A stretch of DNA of 64,000 nucleotides from the NCBI GenBank assembly GCA_000002435.2, contig CM018793.1; one strand, written 5' to 3'. Each line of letters begins with the position of its first letter. The first letter of the stretch is position 1. This DNA is from Giardia intestinalis (taxonomy: Eukaryota). Below, in pieces: positions 56,791-64,000 of this stretch. Made by a program: the position numbers and the translations under genes. The notes under the pieces were generated by a model. It saw nothing but the letters and a program-made list of their open reading frames with translations, ran no database searches and was not told where the DNA came from.

Positions 56791-59700
56791 TTACATGTTT
56801 GACTCCACATAGGATAAAACCTTTGCTCGCGTCTTAAAATCAACGCTACTACAGGGGTATCTTGCATAGGAAAGGGCCGTCTTTCCACTGGTGCTGACTA
56901 TAGATTTTTCTTTGTGGAAAAGAAGACGCACAATGGACAAGTGCCCATAGAAACACGCTAACATCAATGCAGTTTGATGGGGAGCTAACAGTGAATCGGG
57001 AGACCCGACAAGACCGCATTCTTTGTCTGCTAGAAACTGGCAGATTGAGAGGTGGCCATTGCGGGCTGCCAACATCAGGGCAGATCCGCCCTGTAAATTT
57101 TGTTTCCCCGCTTCATCTCCCAATTCGGCCAAGATGCGAACAATGGGATACGCTCCTTTTTCCGCAGCATACATGAGTGCCGTATAGCCATTTCGGTCTT
57201 GAACTCCTGCTTGGAGCGGCAGCAGGCAGTAGACAGCAACAATATCATTGCGCTGGACAGCCATCATTAGGTCTGTAAGGCCATTATCAGGCGTCATCAA
57301 GGTGGTGATACTAAGAGAGCTAGTCGCAAGACTCTCTGTACAATTGCCTTTGGCTCTCCTTAAGACAGGAACACCTGCTGTATTTATCCCTTCCCTCTTC
57401 ACAAGGAGATCTGCGATGGCGAAGTGACTATTATGTAGGCTTATACTAAGGGCTGTCTCCCCCGCCTTACTGACCATTCCTGCCTCAGAACTAAGTAGCC
57501 GTGTCACGGCATCAAGATTGTTACACTCAGCAGCAACCATGAGGGCAGTCTTTCCATCAGGAGTTGTCATTCCTGCTTGGTCAATATAGACTGAAAGCCC
57601 TACTCGATCTCGTTTTAGGACAGCAGTCATAAGGTCTGTGTAACCTGACAGCTTACTTAGCGACGGGGCCTCTGCACTAGTATCAGCATTATTCTGATAC
57701 ACCAGTGCTCTGTATGCCTCTTTGATTTGACTCAACTCAGCCGATAGCTGACTGTTCTCGTACTGCAAATTCCGAATGTCACTGGCATTATCAGATAGAG
57801 ACTTATGTTCGTTGATAATATCGTGCGGTTCTTCTTGATTAGAAGGTTCAGAATGCACATTACTGACATCCATGGTATAGTGAGACATAAGACATGCCTG
57901 CTGAGAACGGATCGACTGTTCTCCCTCATTGTAATTTAACGACTTTTCATTGATGCCGATCCCAATAGACCTATTTGCCATCAAAGACGTATTCAATGAG
58001 GCACTCTTGTTTAGTAAGCTTGTTTCTATGCTACGATTAACTTGCTCAATTAGATTATTATATTGTTCCTCATCAATGTTCAAAGCGGAAAGAGCAACGT
58101 CTTCCATGGCCTTCTGCAAATCAGGTGACTCTCCTTGGAGTTTAGAAATAAGAAGCTTAAGCCCATCAATTTCGTTTTCCTTTTCTAAAATAACGCGTAT
58201 ATGTGCTTCTAGTTGTTCTCTCGTTGATAGAAGTTCCTCACGCACGATGTTATAATTGTTCAAATACTCTTCTGCGCGAGTCCTAAAATACGACGTTTCT
58301 TGAATCTGTTCATTGAGACGTGTGTTGAGGTCATTAACTATATTATCATACTCGGCATCATGTTGGGGCTCATCGCATGCTAACGTTGCACATGCTGAGC
58401 CAGGAGTTACTTTTTTGCTGTCACGACTTGCAGGACACGTTTGAATGGATACGTCTGCACTTGTTACTATCCGTGATTGCGCGCTGATCGTCTTGGGTTC
58501 CTTTCTCAGACCCTCGAGCTCTTTCTCAAGCTCCTCAAGTTGCTTGCACTTCCGTACATATCCATCCTTATACTTCTTTGACTTGTGCTTTAGGTCCTCT
58601 GCCTCTGTGCTACGGGATTGCACAATTTCCAAAGCTGCCTTTAGCTCGGCATTGGCCATCCGAAGCTCTAGAACCTCCTTGTGCGCGATCTCCAATCCAT
58701 GCTCATACTTTGCAAGCTCTTGTGCAGTAGCTTCCTTAATGGCATCACTGCTGAAACTCTTTGAATCGATATATGCGGTCTTATACTTCTTAACCTTTTG
58801 CTTCAGCTCACTAATCTCATCCTCTTTGGAACGAATAGTGGAGGAAAGCTCGTCTGTAATTTTATTGATGGATAGAGTCTTTACCTCTAACTCAGAGCGC
58901 AAATGCATGAGCTCTCTATTCATTTGGTCCTCTAGTGACTGTTTAGCATCTAAGGTTGCTCTGCTCAGCTCTGTTGAAAGTTTGTGATTTTCATTACGAA
59001 GCAGGTCTAACTCAGACCGAAGAACTTGGTGATGATCCAATAGTTCCGAATGCTCTATGGAGAGATGCCTGAGACGATTGTCGGAATCTTCCATTGCAAC
59101 TTTAGCTTCATCTAGAGCCTTTTTCATGGTGCTATTCTCAGCTGTTACAACCTTAAGTGTGGCCTCTAATTCAATTACTTTAGACTTAGCTGTTGCCACA
59201 CTCTCGTTAGTGGCGTCCAATCTTTTCAGAAGGTCCTCATTAAGAATTAGGGTAGAATCTAGCTTTACCTCTTTCGAAATTAAGTCCTGTCGCGTTTGTG
59301 ACAAGGTATCTTCGACTGCCTTTTTATCATGTGCTAGCTCAAGATTATCTCTCTTTAAGGCAAAGATCTCTTGATCAAGGGCACTGAGTCTTGCTTGAAG
59401 CTCTTCATTAGTCATCTTCTCTGTCTCTAGCATGCGTTTATTGACCATGTCAGTAGTTGCAAGGTCCAACTTATGCTCTAGTGTACTAATCTGAATCTCT
59501 TTCATGTGCTTTTCTTCAGTAAGGCCCTCCACCGCACGCGTCTTGCTATCCAGCTCTGCATGGAAGGCGTGTGATTGTGCAGATAGAAGGTTTCTCAATT
59601 CATCTATCTGCGAATCCTGTGTATTCTTAAGAGCGGTTACCTCGTCAAAGGCCGCTCGTAGTTCTTGGTAGCTGGTCATGAGGGTGTCTCTATCTAGCCT

Positions 59701-62259
59701 TAGTGTCTCCGTGATCTGTTTCAAATGTAAATTTTCATGGTTCATTTCCATGACTGAGTCACGACAGTGGTTGAGTTCTTCTTCGTAGACCCCTATTCTT
59801 TCTGTCAAAAGCTGGTTATCTTCGATAACCTGAGTTAGCAGTAATTCTTTCTTTTTAAGCTCGTCATACCTCATTACTACCTCCATATGCTCCTCCTTAA
59901 GCTTATGTATCTCTTCTGACTCAACGTGGAGAGTCTGCACGGAAGTCTCGAAGAGCTCTGGCTTAGCGTCCACGAAGGATGTCTGAATTATATTTGATGA
60001 TAGAAGTGGGGACGGGGGCAGCTGTACCAGTTGTGTTGAGGTGGAGAGACATGCATCTGAAACCAGCATACTAGTTTGGATCTCTACACACGATTGAGGC
60101 GGCACATATTGCTTAGCAGTCGGCACTAGCTCTGTTACAGACTCTTGCTGCTGAACCATAGAGAGGTGATTACTGTTCTCCTCTGGCAACTGCTTGACTT
60201 GTTTTTCCGTTGCGTCATGTGGAGACTTACTCGTTAATAACGGTGTGAATAGCTGAAGAGAATGCTCTAGCTCATGGCCCTTGGATACAGAGGCAGTAGA
60301 GTCGCTGTCATGAATAGCACTAATAGATCTGTCCGTGAGCTTCGGAGATAGAGGCTGCTCCATACTGGTGGAATGTGAAACAACTAGCTTAGCTTTGGAA
60401 GGGGAGTCTAACAGAAGAGTTAATCGCGCAATTTCAGCGTCTTTGCCTTTGATGATCTGTTCAACCTCCGCTTCAAATTGAATCTTTTCGTCCTTGACTC
60501 CTATCAATTCTTCACTGAGAAGCTGAACAGTGTCTGTTAGCTGAGCAATTTCAAGTTTTAGTTGTTCAATCTCAACGTCGTTACCACAGTCTTTGAGTCC
60601 AGAGGGCAATGGAGTATGAGAAGTGGGCATTAAGGTGGCTACCTGGGATAGTGGAGCAGTAGGAATCTTAGACGTGGAGAACCGCTTGGGCTGTACTGGA
60701 GCTGGGATGGCCACTGAGCACTCTAGCGAAGTCTCGCACACCTGGATGCCAAGGGAATCTGTAAGGGTCTTAGGTAAACCCCGTTGGGTATCAGCAGTCG
60801 TAAGCGCCAAAAGTTCGTCCTGAAGTGTCATGTTTCTCCTTTCCAAATCAGAGATACTCTGTCGAGCAGTTTCCAACTCAGTTTGCAAGGCGTGTACATC
60901 TGGCTTACTAGTTGATTGGCTCAGTGCGGATATGTCTGGTGAGGCATATGTAGAAATATGTTGAGGTTGTGGTTTTAAACAATCAATCTCAGCCAGGGTA
61001 GTCGTCTTTATAAAGGCATCTCTTGTAATTGGATAGACCTCAACGGATTTATCGAATGCTTGAGTCTGCGGTGGCGTTACCTTTTCAAGTTCTACCAGCT
61101 TATGCTTCAAACTTGCTACCTCCTCTTGTAAATGGGAGATATCCATGTTCTTGGAAGCCAGGAGCTGATTGTCCTCATCACGAGCAGCAAGTAAAAAGTG
61201 CAAGTCTTCTTTCAGGCCCTTGATTTCATTATCCTTTGTTACAATTAATGCCTCCAGCTCTCTGGTTCTTGTTTTCATCTGTTCGAGCTCCGCTTGGCAT
61301 TGAGTGAGCTTTTCCGGAACGGTATTAAATGTTGACGAATCTATTTTGTTAACAGTATCAGTTAATTGAACAACCCTTCTCTGAGCTTCTGACAAGGTAT
61401 TACGAAGATTGCTATTGTCTAAATTTTCTAGATGCAAGCTAGATTGGGACAAGTGACCTCGTTCAGAGGAGGCGGAGTTCACAAGTCGCTTCCCAGCCGG
61501 GTCCGTGTGTCCATGGTCGCCGTCTTCGTGCATTTCAGATACATCAGAAACGCTTCTGTTTAGTTTCATTGGAGTTTCGGAATACTTTGGAATTTGGGGG
61601 TACTCTAATGTGTCGGGTGCGAACTTGGCAGTACGAGCGATGGTACTTGTGAATAGATCACTAGCAGAGCTGTCGCCAAGTGTTCCTAGAGCTGATTTAA
61701 ACATAGTGTTGCGCACGGTATTCAGATAGGTGACTATATCAAAGTGCTTGCGAGCCATTGCAATGTTGACCGCATGCTCCAGATCGTCTGGGGTGAGATC
61801 CTGCCTCTTAACAATAAGCTGGACACATTCTAAATAGCCCTCACCTGCGGCATAATCCAGGGCGCTGGTTCCGTTATTATCTCGAATGGCCGGAAAATGA
61901 TCCACTAGCGCGTCCACGGCACTAGTATTACCTACTTGCGCGGCAAGCATCAAGGCATCGCGTCCATCACAGAGCAGACAATCCTTTTCGGATGCTACAA
62001 GGAACCTACACGCTTTTGCCTTATCACAAAGAGCAGCAACTATCAGTGCCGTCTGATTATCATCATTAGCCAGCCCTGCTTCATAAGGGAGAAGGATTTG
62101 TATCACTTTTGTATCTCCTTGCCGCGCAGCAAGCATAAGGCCTGTGTCTCCATACTTATCCCGTGAGCCTTGGAAAACAGCGGCCAGCTCTATAATCTTT
62201 GAGTAGTTCTTCTCCTCGATGGCAGAAAACCAGACCATCGCATCCTCCCGCCGTGTCAT
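56791..62259 (-). CDS. Ankyrin-repeat + coiled-coil protein, Protein 21.1 family, ~1822 aa. The ORF is open to 62343, but the family-typical start MTRREDAMVWFSAIEEKNYSKI at 62259 avoids overlap with the upstream gene's stop at 62298.
   Basis: Ankyrin repeats at the N-terminus (GDTGLMLAARQGDTKVIQILL; GTSALDYAAGEGYLECVQLIV) and C-terminus (GKTALMVAAECNNLDAVTRLL; GYTALMYAAEKGAYPIVRIL; GGSALMLAARNGHLSICQFL), with >1000 aa of coiled coil between them. Confidence 0.75.
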   Translation of the reverse strand: MTRREDAMVWFSAIEEKNYSKIIELAAVFQGSRDKYGDTGLMLAARQGDTKVIQILLPYEAGLANDDNQTALIVAALCDKAKACRFLVASEKDCLLCDGRDALMLAAQVGNTSAVDALVDHFPAIRDNNGTSALDYAAGEGYLECVQLIVKRQDLTPDDLEHAVNIAMARKHFDIVTYLNTVRNTMFKSALGTLGDSSASDLFTSTIARTAKFAPDTLEYPQIPKYSETPMKLNRSVSDVSEMHEDGDHGHTDPAGKRLVNSASSERGHLSQSSLHLENLDNSNLRNTLSEAQRRVVQLTDTVNKIDSSTFNTVPEKLTQCQAELEQMKTRTRELEALIVTKDNEIKGLKEDLHFLLAARDEDNQLLASKNMDISHLQEEVASLKHKLVELEKVTPPQTQAFDKSVEVYPITRDAFIKTTTLAEIDCLKPQPQHISTYASPDISALSQSTSKPDVHALQTELETARQSISDLERRNMTLQDELLALTTADTQRGLPKTLTDSLGIQVCETSLECSVAIPAPVQPKRFSTSKIPTAPLSQVATLMPTSHTPLPSGLKDCGNDVEIEQLKLEIAQLTDTVQLLSEELIGVKDEKIQFEAEVEQIIKGKDAEIARLTLLLDSPSKAKLVVSHSTSMEQPLSPKLTDRSISAIHDSDSTASVSKGHELEHSLQLFTPLLTSKSPHDATEKQVKQLPEENSNHLSMVQQQESVTELVPTAKQYVPPQSCVEIQTSMLVSDACLSTSTQLVQLPPSPLLSSNIIQTSFVDAKPELFETSVQTLHVESEEIHKLKEEHMEVVMRYDELKKKELLLTQVIEDNQLLTERIGVYEEELNHCRDSVMEMNHENLHLKQITETLRLDRDTLMTSYQELRAAFDEVTALKNTQDSQIDELRNLLSAQSHAFHAELDSKTRAVEGLTEEKHMKEIQISTLEHKLDLATTDMVNKRMLETEKMTNEELQARLSALDQEIFALKRDNLELAHDKKAVEDTLSQTRQDLISKEVKLDSTLILNEDLLKRLDATNESVATAKSKVIELEATLKVVTAENSTMKKALDEAKVAMEDSDNRLRHLSIEHSELLDHHQVLRSELDLLRNENHKLSTELSRATLDAKQSLEDQMNRELMHLRSELEVKTLSINKITDELSSTIRSKEDEISELKQKVKKYKTAYIDSKSFSSDAIKEATAQELAKYEHGLEIAHKEVLELRMANAELKAALEIVQSRSTEAEDLKHKSKKYKDGYVRKCKQLEELEKELEGLRKEPKTISAQSRIVTSADVSIQTCPASRDSKKVTPGSACATLACDEPQHDAEYDNIVNDLNTRLNEQIQETSYFRTRAEEYLNNYNIVREELLSTREQLEAHIRVILEKENEIDGLKLLISKLQGESPDLQKAMEDVALSALNIDEEQYNNLIEQVNRSIETSLLNKSASLNTSLMANRSIGIGINEKSLNYNEGEQSIRSQQACLMSHYTMDVSNVHSEPSNQEEPHDIINEHKSLSDNASDIRNLQYENSQLSAELSQIKEAYRALVYQNNADTSAEAPSLSKLSGYTDLMTAVLKRDRVGLSVYIDQAGMTTPDGKTALMVAAECNNLDAVTRLLSSEAGMVSKAGETALSISLHNSHFAIADLLVKREGINTAGVPVLRRAKGNCTESLATSSLSITTLMTPDNGLTDLMMAVQRNDIVAVYCLLPLQAGVQDRNGYTALMYAAEKGAYPIVRILAELGDEAGKQNLQGGSALMLAARNGHLSICQFLADKECGLVGSPDSLLAPHQTALMLACFYGHLSIVRLLFHKEKSIVSTSGKTALSYARYPCSSVDFKTRAKVLSYVESNM

Positions 62260-62297
62260 CAAGGTGTCTGTTAGAAATTTAGATTTACTAGTTTGGC

Positions 62298-63833
62298 CTA
62301 ACACTGAACCCGCCCAACACGCCTCACCTGCTCTGCATACCATTGTGCGTTACGCCTTGCGGGTGCGCGGGGTCTGGTTATTGCATTACGCTTTGATTGA
62401 GTTGGAGTAGAGACGTCGACGTGACTGATCATTTTATCTGAGTGGTATGCCCAGCTGTGCCCAGAGGTTATATTAGTAGATAATGAATCTTGTGATAGTG
62501 CCATATTTGCCAGCTTTTGCGCTGGTGACATAGCAGTTGCTCCAGAGCTCATGCTCCTCGGCAATCCAACCGACAGCTTTGTCGACATAGAATCTGTAAG
62601 TACGACTCCTACAGAGGATGGATTAACTGAAGAGCCCTCGTTACTAGTTTGCAACCACTGGACATTGTTGATAGCACTATGTGGAACACTCTTCGATAGA
62701 GAGTCAAGTTTTCCGCTAAGTATTTCTACTGTCTTTTTTAGGCTTATGTTTTCGGTGAAGATCCTCTCTGTGACCTTTCTCTCGGCTAAGTCTGTAGTGC
62801 TGGCTGATAGACGCAACTTATCTTCTAGTTCATTAATTGTCTCTGTTAAGAGATATACTGTTTTTTTGAGATTCTTCACCTCATCGGTATCGTTATTAAA
62901 GCTGTCAATAGCGACGGATTTATCACTAGCCCCCTGTCCGTCTGGTGCTGATACAGATACCATTGTCTTCTTCTGCTCAAGCTTCTCAGTAAGCTCATCG
63001 ATTCTGAGCATTGCTGCAGCAAGGTCAGATTGTAACTTATCCACATTCTCTAATTCTGTGTGATCACTTGTGTGAGTGATTAGGTTAGCCACCTTTAGCT
63101 TCATATGGCTGGACAGCTGCACAAGAAGCGTTTGAAGCCGCAGTATCTCTTGGTCCTTGGCATAAAGAAGAAAGTCATAATCTATCTGACGTGGTCTGTG
63201 GGGAGCCAGCGAGCAACTCCGTGACCCATCGCCAAAGCTGACTGACATGGACAGACTTAGATTTCTGCCATCTGCTGTAATATATGTTCCCGGGGTATCA
63301 CCAATCTTATTCACACCACTAATAGTGGGTCTGATGGAATTTGCTCTACTAGTGTCAGCAGCACCAACCTTGTGTTGCAAAGCTTCCACTACGTCATGGT
63401 AATCCATATCATTGGCAAGTTCTAATGCCCGACTGTAGTCCAGAGCATCATCTTCTTCGCTAAATGCGATAATTTCAAGAGCTGAGCTTTTGGCGTGAGC
63501 CTGCAATGCAAGAAGAAGTGGGTCTTTGCCAGTTTCCTTCATGAAGCGAGCTTCATACTGTAACAATATAGGAATAGATTTTAACTGCTCTTCTAAAATT
63601 GCGTATTCCAACGCACATCGCCCCTCCGGTGATAATATTTTTGCTTCTAATGGCGCAAGAAGAGCTAGAGTATCAAGCGCACCCATTTCTCCTGCAAGCA
63701 TGAGACCCGTCTTTCCAGCCTGATTAACAGAGCCTACGCAGTCAGACTTGTGTTTATTAATGTATTCCTTGTTACCGGTAATAGCGGCAGAAAACCACTC
63801 TTCTAGACGGTCAGGCTCCTTATGAATCTGCAT
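62298..63833 (-). CDS. Ankyrin-repeat + coiled-coil protein, Protein 21.1 family, 511 aa.
   Basis: N-terminus MQIHKEPDRLEEWFSAAITGNKEY. Ankyrin repeats (GKTGLMLAGEMGALDTLALLA; GRCALEYAILEEQLKSIPILL). Coiled-coil C-terminal half. Confidence 0.75.
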   Translation of the reverse strand: MQIHKEPDRLEEWFSAAITGNKEYINKHKSDCVGSVNQAGKTGLMLAGEMGALDTLALLAPLEAKILSPEGRCALEYAILEEQLKSIPILLQYEARFMKETGKDPLLLALQAHAKSSALEIIAFSEEDDALDYSRALELANDMDYHDVVEALQHKVGAADTSRANSIRPTISGVNKIGDTPGTYITADGRNLSLSMSVSFGDGSRSCSLAPHRPRQIDYDFLLYAKDQEILRLQTLLVQLSSHMKLKVANLITHTSDHTELENVDKLQSDLAAAMLRIDELTEKLEQKKTMVSVSAPDGQGASDKSVAIDSFNNDTDEVKNLKKTVYLLTETINELEDKLRLSASTTDLAERKVTERIFTENISLKKTVEILSGKLDSLSKSVPHSAINNVQWLQTSNEGSSVNPSSVGVVLTDSMSTKLSVGLPRSMSSGATAMSPAQKLANMALSQDSLSTNITSGHSWAYHSDKMISHVDVSTPTQSKRNAITRPRAPARRNAQWYAEQVRRVGRVQC

Positions 63834-63913
63834 TGCTCAGCTCTCCTGCGTCTTAGTTTTTTGAGTTGATACGCCATAAAGTGGATTTACTACTATGTAC
63901 GTTTTGATGCTGA

Positions 63914-64000
63914 CTAACAACCTCTCCAAGTGCTGGTTTGGGTCTTCAGAAGATTTGCTATTTCAGTGTGCCCATTTTCTACAGCCAGCTTGTAGGCCGT
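63914..64000 (-). CDS. Partial (3' end only) minus-strand CDS running off the right edge. Its C-terminus is an ankyrin repeat (...TAYKLAVENGHTEIANLLKTQTSTWRGC*).
   Basis: Hand translation of the reverse complement of 63914-64000; stop (cta on + strand) at 63914-63916. Confidence 0.45.
   Translation of the reverse strand, partial: TAYKLAVENGHTEIANLLKTQTSTWRGC

Noticed and set aside
1-64000. Searched for prokaryotic-style defence or mobile systems (CRISPR arrays, restriction-modification, toxin-antitoxin pairs, integrases or transposases, operon-like co-directional clusters with RBSs).
   Set aside because: The window is eukaryotic (Giardia-type): genes are monocistronic with AT-rich initiator-like starts, ankyrin/VSP/HCMP families dominate, and no transposase, integrase or reverse-transcriptase motif was seen. 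The IR looks like a segmental duplication and the VSP array is coding. No prokaryotic-style system is present.

Overview
This window reads as eukaryotic nuclear DNA from a Giardia-like diplomonad, not a prokaryote. It is gene-dense on both strands with no obvious introns and short AT-rich intergenic spacers. I recognised three diplomonad hallmarks. First, many large ankyrin-repeat + coiled-coil proteins of the Giardia 'Protein 21.1' type; I call six complete genes as 21.1-type, one more ankyrin + coiled-coil gene as 21.1-like, and an ankyrin-repeat C-terminal fragment at the right edge. Second, two very large high-cysteine membrane proteins (HCMP) with CXXC/EGF-like modules. Third, a variant-specific surface protein (VSP) ending in the canonical ...CRGKA tail. 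Housekeeping genes are interspersed: a TBCE-like CAP-Gly/LRR protein, a REV1-like BRCT + Y-family polymerase, an IPI1/TEX10-like protein, ribosomal protein eL30, an ORC4-like AAA+ ATPase, SKP1, a divergent CAAX small GTPase, and an Old-Yellow-Enzyme-type FMN oxidoreductase. One tRNA-Glu(CUC) is present in two copies. Three structural features stand out. (i) A roughly 2.33-kb inverted repeat that looks 100% identical (arms about 10461-12794 and 20025-22357). It brackets the 7.6-kb HCMP gene and carries the tRNA-Glu, the HCMP 3' end and the GC-rich 3' tail of a 21.1 gene. (ii) The VSP gene contains 21 apparently perfect 225-bp (75-aa) tandem repeats (about 45830-50555). (iii) A second HCMP ORF lacks an ATG and signal peptide; it sits 90 bp downstream of the VSP stop, behind a CACTATCACC 10-mer microsatellite. 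I found no prokaryotic defence system, CRISPR array or transposon. The interesting biology here is surface-antigen gene architecture, repeat-driven rearrangement and a few oddly substituted enzymes. All protein calls are based on motifs I recognise by eye; none has been checked against a database.
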